DNA of 62,981 nt, filler included, from an uncultured Methanosarcinales archaeon (GTDB lineage Archaea; Nanobdellota; Nanobdellia; Woesearchaeales; CAYNLP01), in assembly GCA_964398115.1 (NCBI GenBank). It is 4 parts of 4 records of this genome, joined end to end, with 100 filler letters (N's around TTAATTAATTAA, not from the genome) between each part and the next. Parts side by side here need not be neighbours in the genome. Positions count along the whole stretch, not along the records: positions 31,942 to 47,511 come from CAYNLP010000023.1; 3 more parts are not named here. One strand, 5' to 3'. Every line of letters begins with the position of its first letter. The first letter of the stretch is position 1. Shown here in pieces: positions 36,655 to 45,747 of the stretch. Below the pieces are notes generated by a model. That model searched no databases. It saw nothing but the letters and a program-made list of their open reading frames with translations, and was not told the origin of the DNA. Position numbers and translations under genes: made by a program.

Positions 36655-37278
36655 TTATTCCGTCATTTTGAAAAGCATTTCATAAAATTCATCCATGTTA
36701 TCTCCATACTTCGCGCTGATACCCACAACTTCGTATTGTGGAAACGCTGCTTTCACTTTCTTCAAATCACTATCTTTCAAATCAGTCTTATTACCCACAA
36801 CAAGAACAGGTACTTCCCTAGCTTCCAAGTTACCAATGATAGTAATGTTTACTTGGCTGTAAGGATCTCTAGTGCTGTCAAGAACTACAACAACTATATC
36901 CATATCGTCCAACCAGTTGATAGCGTCAACAACTCCTTTAGTAGCTTCTTTAGCTTCATCTTCTTCCATTCCTTCTTCTAAGAATTCTTCATAATCAATT
37001 TTTGTCGCAATACCAGGAGTGTCAACCAAGTTGAAAGTTAGCTCCTGACCATCTTCGTTTTCAAGAGTTATCTTCTCTTTCATCTGAATCTCTCTAGTTT
37101 CGTGAGCGATGTTAGAAACACTTCCTAGTTCTTCACCTGTCCAGTCTTTACAAACCCGATTTGCTAATGTGGTTTTTCCACCATTAGGTGGTCCGTAAAG
37201 ACCAAGCTTAACCTCTCCCTTGTCCTCAAACAAGTTCCCTAAGAACTTTTGGAGGAAATTCTTAAAAATTCCAAACAT
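36655..37278 (-). CDS. oapA: OapA Era-like GTPase
   Basis: GPPNGGKTTLAN, HETR, DTPG, QVNITIIGN, NKTD, SAK. Confidence 0.9.
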   Translation of the reverse strand: MFGIFKNFLQKFLGNLFEDKGEVKLGLYGPPNGGKTTLANRVCKDWTGEELGSVSNIAHETREIQMKEKITLENEDGQELTFNLVDTPGIATKIDYEEFLEEGMEEDEAKEATKGVVDAINWLDDMDIVVVVLDSTRDPYSQVNITIIGNLEAREVPVLVVGNKTDLKDSDLKKVKAAFPQYEVVGISAKYGDNMDEFYEMLFKMTE

Positions 37279-37311
37279 AGTTATCAGTATCTCGAGCTCT
37301 CTTTAAATAGG

Positions 37312-38052
37312 TTACGATTCTATCCACTCGTAACCTTCCTCTTCTAACTTTTGTGCAAGTTCCGGACCGCCACGTTCTGCAATCTTTCCATCAATCATTA
37401 CATAAACGTTATCTGGCTCTATATAGTTGAGGATTCTTTGATAGTGAGTTATCAACATGACTCCCATATCTTCATTTTTTTCCATCTCATTATTTACTCC
37501 ATTCGCTACTATTTTCAAAGCGTCAATATCTAAACCACTATCTGTTTCGTCAAGAATAGCAAGTTTGGGTTGTAATACCGCCATTTGTAGTATTTCAGCT
37601 CTTTTCTTTTCGCCTCCGCTGAATCCTTCATTCAAATACCTGTTCGCGAATTTGTCATCCATTTCTAACAAGTCAAGTTTTTCCTGCAATAATTTTCTGA
37701 ATTCTCCAACGGAAACATCTTCTTCTCTCCTACTGTTTAATGCTGTTCTGAGAAAGTTTGACATAGTAACTCCTGGCACTTCACTGGGATATTGGAAGCT
37801 TAGGAATAATCCTAGCTGTGCTCTCTCATCGGGTTCCATTTCTAACACGTCTTCTCCTCTGAAATAAATCTCTCCTTTTTCAACTTCAAACTTTGGATGT
37901 CCCATTATTACATATGCTAGTGTGCTTTTTCCACTACCGTTCGGACCCATAATCACACTGACTTCTCCAAGGTTTATTTCTAAATCTATCCCTTTCAATA
38001 TTTTAGTGTCTTCCACGCTGGCATGTAAATCTTTAATTACTAAGTCACTCAT
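37312..38052 (-). CDS. sufC: Fe-S assembly ATPase SufC
   Basis: GPNGSGKST, FLSFQYP, GFSGGEKKR, LDETDSGLD, ITHYQR. Confidence 0.97.
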   Translation of the reverse strand: MSDLVIKDLHASVEDTKILKGIDLEINLGEVSVIMGPNGSGKSTLAYVIMGHPKFEVEKGEIYFRGEDVLEMEPDERAQLGLFLSFQYPSEVPGVTMSNFLRTALNSRREEDVSVGEFRKLLQEKLDLLEMDDKFANRYLNEGFSGGEKKRAEILQMAVLQPKLAILDETDSGLDIDALKIVANGVNNEMEKNEDMGVMLITHYQRILNYIEPDNVYVMIDGKIAERGGPELAQKLEEEGYEWIES

Positions 38053-38441
38053 GTTTTTCCTCCTCCGTTTTTGTGAATGAATAACGCTTTTTTAAGTGCT
38101 TTTAATCCTAGTAACGCACACTTTATCCGAAGTGGTGTTAAGTCTACTCCTAACATGTCAAATATTTGTTCTTTTTCAATATCTTCTACTTCTTCAATTG
38201 TTTTACCCTTGACCTTGTCTGTGAGCATGCTAGTGCTTGCCTGACTGATAGCGCATCCTCTGCCTTCAAATTTAACTTCTGTAATTTCACCATCTTCAAT
38301 TTTTACAAACCATTCAATCACGTCTCCACAGCTAGGATTGTTTTCTTCAATACTTATGTCTGCATTTTCTATACAGCCTTTATTCCTAGGATTTTTGTAA
38401 TGATCTATGATGTTCTCACGGTACATTTGCCTGCCTTTCAT
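38049..38441 (-). CDS. sufU: SufU/IscU-type scaffold or sulfur-transfer protein
   Basis: IIDHYKNPRN, NPSCGD, GCAISQAS, RIKCA. Confidence 0.92.
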   Translation of the reverse strand: MKGRQMYRENIIDHYKNPRNKGCIENADISIEENNPSCGDVIEWFVKIEDGEITEVKFEGRGCAISQASTSMLTDKVKGKTIEEVEDIEKEQIFDMLGVDLTPLRIKCALLGLKALKKALFIHKNGGGKT

Positions 38442-39616
38442 GAAAACACCTCTCGTGCTTTCAACAATCCTTCCTTCAACTTTTGTATATCTTCTTCATT
38501 ATTATATAGGTAGAAACTAGCTCGGCACGATGCTGAAATATCCATTTTTTTATGTAACGGCATGACACAATGATCTCCTCCTCTTACGGCAATTCCATAA
38601 TCGTTTAGTATGGTGCTCAAATCATGAGGGTGTATGTTTTCAAAGTTAAAGGAAACAACGCCAATTCTTTCCTCCGGTCCATAAACTTCAGCCCCCATTT
38701 GTTCTAATTCCTTTGCTGCTTTTTCTGCTAATCTTCTGCTATGTTTTTCCACTTCATCCAAGCCGTGATTTTGTAAGTATTCAATTGCTTTTCCAAGGGC
38801 TATCGCGTCAGCTATGTTGGGAGTTCCGGCTTCAAACTTCCACGGTAAATTATTGAAAGTGGTATTTTCAAAACTCACTTCTCTTATCATGTCACCACCG
38901 TACAAGAAGGGTTTCATTTCTTCCAATAACTCCTTTTTTCCATACAGAACTCCTATACCTGTAGGTCCTAACATTTTATGTCCGGAAAAAGCTAAAAAGT
39001 CAGCGTTTAACTCTTCAACGTCAACATTCATATGGGGCACGGATTGAGCAGCGTCTAAAACAAAATACGCGTTTTGTTCATGAGCCAACTCCTCTAATTT
39101 TTTAATGGGGTTAATGGTTCCGAGAAAGTTGCTAACATGAGTTACGGAAACGATTTCTGTATTGTCATCAATTAACTTCTCCGCTTTTTCCATGTCTAGT
39201 TTGCCATCCCTAACAGGTATATACTTTACATCGAAATCTCTTTCTTGACTTAGTTGTTGCCAAGGAACTAAATTGCTATGATGTTCCATTTCTGATAAGA
39301 CGACATCACCAGTTATGTCCTTGGTTAGGGTGTAAGCTAGCAGGTTTAACGATTCCGTTGTGTTCTTGGTAAATATGATTTCTTCAGATTCAGCGTTTAT
39401 GAACTCAGCCACTTTTTCATGTACTTTTTCATATTTCACCGTTGCTTCTTCACTCATTTCGTGCATTCCACGATGGATATTTGCATTGTAATCTTCATAA
39501 TATTTCTTAATCTCATCTATTACTATCTGTGGTGTGAGGCTAGTTGCTGCATTATCTAGATAAATCAACTTGTTACCATTCACTTCTTTAGATAAAGCAG
39601 GGAAGTCAGAATTCAT
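38438..39616 (-). CDS. sufS: Group II cysteine desulfurase SufS
   Basis: YLDNAATS, MEHHSNLVPW, SGHKMLGP, FEAGTP, RGGDHC. Confidence 0.95.
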   Translation of the reverse strand: MNSDFPALSKEVNGNKLIYLDNAATSLTPQIVIDEIKKYYEDYNANIHRGMHEMSEEATVKYEKVHEKVAEFINAESEEIIFTKNTTESLNLLAYTLTKDITGDVVLSEMEHHSNLVPWQQLSQERDFDVKYIPVRDGKLDMEKAEKLIDDNTEIVSVTHVSNFLGTINPIKKLEELAHEQNAYFVLDAAQSVPHMNVDVEELNADFLAFSGHKMLGPTGIGVLYGKKELLEEMKPFLYGGDMIREVSFENTTFNNLPWKFEAGTPNIADAIALGKAIEYLQNHGLDEVEKHSRRLAEKAAKELEQMGAEVYGPEERIGVVSFNFENIHPHDLSTILNDYGIAVRGGDHCVMPLHKKMDISASCRASFYLYNNEEDIQKLKEGLLKAREVFS

Positions 39617-40815
39617 GACAGCCTCCGAACAACTAAGCCTTCCATTTCTTCTCTGAGCTGTTCAGATTTTACTCGATTTATCATGCTTCCTAGAAATCCT
39701 TTGACTATTTCTCTCTCTGCTTCTTTTCTGGAAAGCCCTCTAGTTTGCATGTAAAACAATTTTTCCTTATCGACTTGTCCAATAGTAGCTCCATGACTAC
39801 ACCGTACATCGTTATTTTCAATTTCTAGATTGGGAACTGCATCCGCCTCTGCATAGTCACTTAGTATTAAAGTGTCCTCTTTTTGATACCCGTTGCTATC
39901 ATGCGCTTTTTCCTTTACTTTTACTAAGCCTCTATAAACGCTTTTCGCTCTGTCCTTAACTATCCCCTTATTATCCATGTCGCTGTCTGTATGTGGTTCA
40001 CTATGCACTACTGTATTGTAAGTGTCGAATTCTTGTTTGCCTGTTCCCATGAAAACTCCATAATTGTTTGATTGACTTCCACTACCGGCAAGATCTGCAC
40101 TCACTTCCACTTTACTATGTTTGGCACCCATAGTACCAGTAAACCAGTTGATGCAAGCGTTGTTATCTAAAACCGCTCGTTTAGTGCTAAAATGCCAAAC
40201 ATTAGTGTTCAAGTCTTGTAGGCTTTCATACGTGATTTCCGAACCTTCTTTCAAGAACGCCTCTACACCGTGGCTTTTCAAACCATAACTTAATCCTTCA
40301 CTTTTTGAAACTTCGGTAATGTGAGCTTTGCTATTTTCTTCCGCTATTACTAGTATATGGGAAAGACTGTGTTGCTCTTTCATATTCATCTCTATCTTTA
40401 TCGTCTCTTCACATTCCACTCCTTCCGGAACGTAAATGAATAATCCTTTAGCCCAAAAAGCTCCATGCATCGCTGTTATTTTATTCTCACCTAGATAATA
40501 CGCTTTTTGCATCCAGTATTGCTCGATTAATTCTTTGTACTCATCTTTTTTCAGCGCGTCTTGCACATTCATAACCACAGCGTCGGTTGAATTTTTAACT
40601 TCAATCTTTTCTTGTAAGGCGTGTCGCGGATTTACTTCTTCCAGCTTCGCTCCTCTTATCGGCATATAAAGAGAAAGCCCATATTTGAATAAAGGTTTAT
40701 CTAGTTTTTCAAAGTAATCAAAGGATTCCTTTCTTAATTTTTTCAACCATTCAGGCTCATCCAGTCTCTCAGAAATTTGTAAGACCTTTTTGTCTTTCTG
40801 CATTTCCAAATTCAC
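39613..40815 (-). CDS. sufD: Fe-S assembly protein SufD
   Basis: PNLEIENNDVRCSHGATIG, FYMQTRG. Confidence 0.93.
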   Translation of the reverse strand: MNLEMQKDKKVLQISERLDEPEWLKKLRKESFDYFEKLDKPLFKYGLSLYMPIRGAKLEEVNPRHALQEKIEVKNSTDAVVMNVQDALKKDEYKELIEQYWMQKAYYLGENKITAMHGAFWAKGLFIYVPEGVECEETIKIEMNMKEQHSLSHILVIAEENSKAHITEVSKSEGLSYGLKSHGVEAFLKEGSEITYESLQDLNTNVWHFSTKRAVLDNNACINWFTGTMGAKHSKVEVSADLAGSGSQSNNYGVFMGTGKQEFDTYNTVVHSEPHTDSDMDNKGIVKDRAKSVYRGLVKVKEKAHDSNGYQKEDTLILSDYAEADAVPNLEIENNDVRCSHGATIGQVDKEKLFYMQTRGLSRKEAEREIVKGFLGSMINRVKSEQLREEMEGLVVRRLS

Positions 40816-42218
40816 CCTACGCTTCCTTCCATCTCTAACTCTATCAATCGGTTTAACTCCACTGCGTATTCCAGAGGTAATTTTTTCGTTATTGGTTCTA
40901 TAAATCCTGACACTATCAATTTCTTAGCTTCTTCCTCTTCAATGCCTCTACTTTGCAAGTAGAATACTTGTTCATCACTAATCTTACCTACGGTCGCTTC
41001 GTGTCCAACGTCAACCTTGCTCTCGTTTATTTCAATATTTGGCCAAGTGTTAGTGTTGCTTTCATCATCTAAGAGGAGCGCGTCACATTCAACATTTGCC
41101 TTGCTATGATGTGCTCCGTTTACAATTTTTAGTATTCCTCTGTAACTGGCAGTTCCTCCGCCTTTGCTTATACTTTTACTTTCTATCGTGCTTGAAGTAT
41201 GAGGAGCCATATGGTATACTTTCGCTCCCGTATCCTGATTTTGTCCTGGCCCTCCAAAAGCGATAGTTATGTGATCTGCTTTGGCTCCTTCTCCCATTAG
41301 CATGCTGCAGGGGTAGAGCATTGTCACTCCACTTCCCAGGTTTCCGCTAACCCATTCTATAGTTCCGTTTTCTTCTACTATCGCTCTTTTAGTGTTTAAA
41401 TTGTACGTATTTCTTGACCAGTTTTCCACCGAGCTGTATCTAACTCTTGCTCCTTCTTTAACGAATATTTCTACGCATCCTGCGTGTACGCTTGTCTCGC
41501 TGTATTGCGGTGCGCTGCATCCTTCGATGTAGTGGACTTCTGAATTTTTATCTGCAACTATTAAGGTGTGTTCGAATTGTCCCATTTTTTGACTGTTCAT
41601 TCGGAAATAAGCTTGTAATGGGATGTCTACTTTAACTCCTTCTGGAACGTATATGAATGTTCCCCCACTCCACACGGCTGCGTGTAGCATTATGAATTTG
41701 TGATCGTTTATTGGAATGCAATCATCCATAAAGTACTCTTTAACTAAGTCTGGATATTTCTTAAGTGCTTCATCCATATCTAAGAAGATAACTCCTTTGT
41801 CTTCCCATTCTTCCTTGAGCTTGTGATATACGACTTCACTCTCATATTGTGCTCCAGCTCCTCCAAGAGCTTTCCGCTCCGCTTCTGGAATCCCTAATTT
41901 TTCAAAAGTATTCTTTATATCATCTGGTACTTCATCCCAATCTCTACTATTTTTCTTAGCATCTGGTTTTATATAGTAAGTTAAAGAGTCAAAGTCGATA
42001 TCGCTCAAGTCTACACCCCATGTAGGCACGGGTGTTTCTTTAAATAATTCTAAAGCTTCAAGCCTTTTTTTCAACATCCATTCTGGTTCGTCTTTGTCAG
42101 CGGATATCTTCCGTACGGTTTCTTCAGTTAAACCCGGCGCTGCCTTGTACGTATGGCTATCTTCATTACGATGGTCGAATCTACTCCTATCGAAATCCAT
42201 GAAGCTTTCTACTCCCAT
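40812..42218 (-). CDS. sufB: Fe-S assembly protein SufB
   Basis: GAQYESE, WSGGTFIYVP, GQFEHT, YIEGCSAP, LYPC, CDALL, HEATVGKI. Confidence 0.97.
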   Translation of the reverse strand: MGVESFMDFDRSRFDHRNEDSHTYKAAPGLTEETVRKISADKDEPEWMLKKRLEALELFKETPVPTWGVDLSDIDFDSLTYYIKPDAKKNSRDWDEVPDDIKNTFEKLGIPEAERKALGGAGAQYESEVVYHKLKEEWEDKGVIFLDMDEALKKYPDLVKEYFMDDCIPINDHKFIMLHAAVWSGGTFIYVPEGVKVDIPLQAYFRMNSQKMGQFEHTLIVADKNSEVHYIEGCSAPQYSETSVHAGCVEIFVKEGARVRYSSVENWSRNTYNLNTKRAIVEENGTIEWVSGNLGSGVTMLYPCSMLMGEGAKADHITIAFGGPGQNQDTGAKVYHMAPHTSSTIESKSISKGGGTASYRGILKIVNGAHHSKANVECDALLLDDESNTNTWPNIEINESKVDVGHEATVGKISDEQVFYLQSRGIEEEEAKKLIVSGFIEPITKKLPLEYAVELNRLIELEMEGSVG

Positions 42219-43372
42219 TGCTTTACCTCCATTTCTTCTAATTTTCGTAAACTTGTAACGATACCTTCGATTTGTTTAGCAGCTGTTTTCATCTCTTCTT
42301 CAGTATTATATCTGCTAAGCGTCAATCTTATAGTTGATCTTCCTTCTTTTTCTGTCAATCCTATCGCTTTTAACACGTGACTTGGTTCAAGAGTTTGTGA
42401 AGTACATGCGCTGCCGGCGGAAACAGCTATTCCTTTGTGATTTAAGTGTTTCATTAAATCTTGAGCGTCCACATTTTGGAATGTGATATTTAAATTATTG
42501 CATACTCTCTGGTTTTTAGCCCCATTAAGCTTGGTTTCAGGAATTTTTAACAATCTCTCAGCTAACATATCTCTTAATCTTCTCATTCTCTTATTTTGTT
42601 GATCCGTTGCAAGTTTTACTGCTTTGGCGAATCCTGCTATTCCCGGAACGTTTTGAGTTCCAGGTCTCAAATCACTTTCTTGATGTCCACCATTCATTAT
42701 TTTCTGTATTGAAGCGTTTTTATCTACATAAAGCGCCCCTACACCGTTAGGACCGTGTATTTTATGTGAGGACAACGACATTAAATCAATATTTAAATCA
42801 TTCACGTCTAATTCTATCTTGGTAAAAGCTTGAACGGCGTCAGTATGGAACAAAACTTCTTTTTTCTCACAAATCTCTCCAATCTTGTCAAGTTTTTGGA
42901 TAGTTCCTATTTCGTTATTCACTGCCATTACACTTACTACTACAGTATCTTCTGTGATACTATTTTCTAATTCTTTTAAGTCTATGAAACCTTTTCTATC
43001 TACTGGTAGGTAGGTAACTTCATAACCTTCTTTTTCTAATTGTTTACAAGTGTTTAAAACGGCAGGGTGTTCAATTTCAGTTGTTATGATATGGTTTCCT
43101 TCATTTCCTTTCATACTTCCTTTAATTGCAAGGTTGTCTGATTCAGTTCCTCCGCTTGTAAAGATTATTTCTGAAGGTTCACTTCCTATCTGTGATGCTA
43201 TGGTTTTTCTTGATTTTTCCATTAAATCCTTGGATTTTCTTCCTTGTTTATGTAGGGAGTTTGGATTTCCGTAATTTTCTTTCATGCATTTATTTATAGT
43301 ATTGATTACTTCAGGAGCTACTTGTGTTGTAGCTGCGTTATCCAAGTATATATCTGTCGTCATATTTTTCAC
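42209..43372 (-). CDS. iscS: Group I cysteine desulfurase IscS/NifS
   Basis: YLDNAATT, FTSGGTESDN, HTDAVQ, SSHKIHGP, SAGSAC. Confidence 0.95.
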   Translation of the reverse strand: MKNMTTDIYLDNAATTQVAPEVINTINKCMKENYGNPNSLHKQGRKSKDLMEKSRKTIASQIGSEPSEIIFTSGGTESDNLAIKGSMKGNEGNHIITTEIEHPAVLNTCKQLEKEGYEVTYLPVDRKGFIDLKELENSITEDTVVVSVMAVNNEIGTIQKLDKIGEICEKKEVLFHTDAVQAFTKIELDVNDLNIDLMSLSSHKIHGPNGVGALYVDKNASIQKIMNGGHQESDLRPGTQNVPGIAGFAKAVKLATDQQNKRMRRLRDMLAERLLKIPETKLNGAKNQRVCNNLNITFQNVDAQDLMKHLNHKGIAVSAGSACTSQTLEPSHVLKAIGLTEKEGRSTIRLTLSRYNTEEEMKTAAKQIEGIVTSLRKLEEMEVKQWE

Positions 43373-43740
43373 CTAAAGCATATCTTACATGTTTCATCTA
43401 CTTCGCTGTCTTTTTCTCTGTGGACTTTACACATTGATTCTTTTACGGGTTTGCTTTTTGTCAATTTATACATTTCTTCTTGTAGGTCAGCTTGTTGGTT
43501 CACTACTTTTTTGCAAGATTCTTTTATTTTCTTTTTAGCTTCTTTATCAAATTTTACTTTTTTACCTCTTTTTGAACCGAAATATTGTGAAACTGCGGCT
43601 TCTGTTACTCCTAGTTTTTCGGCGGTTTTTTTCTGACTGAAACCATGTTCTTCTACTAAGTGTGTGGCGAATTCTCTACGTAGTGCTGGTAGTATGTACC
43701 ATACTTGTATCTCTTGAGGCATGTATTCCATTAATACCAA
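43369..43740 (-). CDS. HTH transcriptional regulator (COG2522-like) heading the Fe-S operon
   Basis: PQEIQVWYILPALRR...SQKKTAEKLGVTEAAVSQY...KRG; C-terminal C..H...C..C. Confidence 0.85.
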   Translation of the reverse strand: MVLMEYMPQEIQVWYILPALRREFATHLVEEHGFSQKKTAEKLGVTEAAVSQYFGSKRGKKVKFDKEAKKKIKESCKKVVNQQADLQEEMYKLTKSKPVKESMCKVHREKDSEVDETCKICFR

Positions 43741-43786
43741 CCTTTCTTAACTATGGTTAATTAATAGAAATTGGTGTTTTAAATAT

Positions 43787-44233
43787 TTATTCCCCGGTTT
43801 CGGAGTCATCCGAGGGTTCTTCTTCATAGTTGAAAACTGGTGATATTGTCACATTTCCATCAGAACAACACTGGATAGAGTGCTTTCTCACTTGATTACT
43901 TATACCCCCTTGTACCCCTGCTGGTAAGAACCTTATATAGTCTAGATCTCCATAGGATATTACCAAATCCCTATTGCCTTGTATGCTTATGGTGTATGGT
44001 TCTCCTTGCAAAGTTTGGGGGATGCTGAAATTCCTTTCATATCCTTCACCGACTTGTGCTGCCATTTCTACCTCAGTAGAAACTACGTTACCTAATTGGT
44101 TTAATACTTGCATGTTTTTAGCATCTCTTATATCTCCCATCCTGGTTTGAAGAACGAGGAACACTCCTCCGAATACGAATAGCATGAAAGTTGCGATAAG
44201 TACAAATTCTATCGTTACTTGTCCTTTTTTCAT
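43787..44233 (-). CDS. Class III signal peptide (pilin-like) protein
   Basis: MKKG|QVTIEF followed by a hydrophobic helix. Confidence 0.8.
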   Translation of the reverse strand: MKKGQVTIEFVLIATFMLFVFGGVFLVLQTRMGDIRDAKNMQVLNQLGNVVSTEVEMAAQVGEGYERNFSIPQTLQGEPYTISIQGNRDLVISYGDLDYIRFLPAGVQGGISNQVRKHSIQCCSDGNVTISPVFNYEEEPSDDSETGE

Positions 44234-44679
44234 GAGACTTCTTTAAGCATTACTTTTCTTCCTTGAGATGTTACTCTTATCTTCATCAAGCCGGTGTGGA
44301 AATTTCCTGTGACGTTACGACGATTATCAACCTCTGGTTGGTTTGTGGTCATGTTTACTCGGCTGAAAAACACTGTTTCACTCTTTCCAAACGGGGTTTC
44401 GTATTCAATTACTAACTCTTTTTCATTTAAAATGTAAAAACCTGTTACTTGTTCAGGTAAGTTTACACCCACTGTTGTCCAAGAGTTCTCTCCAGCAGCG
44501 TACATTGCACGTACTTGATCTATTATTTGTGTTCCCGCCCGGTGTAGTTGAGATCCTTGCATTTCAGTTTGAGATCCTTGACTGTAATTATAAAATAGAT
44601 ATGCACCTGGAAGCAATAAGAAGAAAGCCAAGCCAAGAATCATCATGTACTCTACTGAAACTTGTCCACCTCTTTTCAT
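44230..44679 (-). CDS. Class III signal peptide (pilin-like) protein
   Basis: MKRGG|QVSVEY followed by a hydrophobic helix. Confidence 0.8.
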   Translation of the reverse strand: MKRGGQVSVEYMMILGLAFFLLLPGAYLFYNYSQGSQTEMQGSQLHRAGTQIIDQVRAMYAAGENSWTTVGVNLPEQVTGFYILNEKELVIEYETPFGKSETVFFSRVNMTTNQPEVDNRRNVTGNFHTGLMKIRVTSQGRKVMLKEVS

Positions 44680-44763
44680 AAGACTATTTTCATAAGCGAG
44701 AGTATAAAAGCTTTATGAAAACTTACCAAAATCTTTATTAATCTATCACTCAACCCCGAAAAT

Positions 44764-45747
44764 ATGCCCAGTCGTAGAGAAAGGAAGAAGATGAGAAGGA
44801 GGGGTAAAAGCCCTTCTGACGATGAGGACAATTCGGAACCAGAGAAGGAAGAAAAAGATGAATCTAGAGATAGAGGCCCTATCAAAGCTTTTTACGAAGA
44901 TAATTACAAGAAGCTATTGATAATTCCTTTCGCCATCTTGTTAGCAGGATTTATAGTTATCGGGATTCAAATAGCTACGACTGGAGAGTTCATCGCGAAA
45001 GATGTTTCTTTATCTGGAGGTTTGACCGTTAATGTACTTACAGAGCAAGATATAGATACTTCTCAACTTGAAACACAATTACAGAGTGAATTTCCTGAAG
45101 CAAGTGTTCGAGTCAGATCTTTAACTGAATTAGGAACTCAAGTGGGAGTGATAATAGAAGCTTCTGACATCAATCAAGATGACTTGTCAAATTTCTTATC
45201 TGGAAAAATCGATAATTTTGAGCAGAATCATTCAGTTGAGCAAATCGGGCCTGCGTTAGGAGAAAGCTTTTTCCGGCAAACAATGATATCAATTGGTGTA
45301 GCTTTCTTATTCATGTCACTAGTTGTGTTCTATTACTTTAGAACGTTGGCTCCAAGTGCGGCGGTAGTCCTCGCAGCATTTTCAGATATTGTCGTTACCG
45401 TGGGGGTAATGAATGTATTGGGTATAAGGTTGTCCACAGCTGGGATTGCAGCGTTGTTAATGCTTATCGGTTATTCAGTTGACACAGACATTTTGTTAAG
45501 TACAAGGATTTTGAAGAGAAAACAAGATAGTCTTATGGAGAGAATGTATAGTGCAATCTCTACAGGCCTTACTATGAACATTACTACTATGGTGGCTTTG
45601 ACAGTTGCTCTCATAATTTCTCAGTCTCAGACTATCAGTCAAATCATGACTATATTATTGATTGGTTTAGCAATTGACGTTGTCAATACTTGGATTCAAA
45701 ACGCTGGCATACTCAGATGGTATGCTGAAAGAGAAGGGATATCATGA
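44764..45747 (+). CDS. secF: Protein translocase subunit SecF
   Basis: LSGG, IGPALG, LIGYSVDTDILLS, DVVNTW. Confidence 0.93.
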   Translation: MPSRRERKKMRRRGKSPSDDEDNSEPEKEEKDESRDRGPIKAFYEDNYKKLLIIPFAILLAGFIVIGIQIATTGEFIAKDVSLSGGLTVNVLTEQDIDTSQLETQLQSEFPEASVRVRSLTELGTQVGVIIEASDINQDDLSNFLSGKIDNFEQNHSVEQIGPALGESFFRQTMISIGVAFLFMSLVVFYYFRTLAPSAAVVLAAFSDIVVTVGVMNVLGIRLSTAGIAALLMLIGYSVDTDILLSTRILKRKQDSLMERMYSAISTGLTMNITTMVALTVALIISQSQTISQIMTILLIGLAIDVVNTWIQNAGILRWYAEREGIS

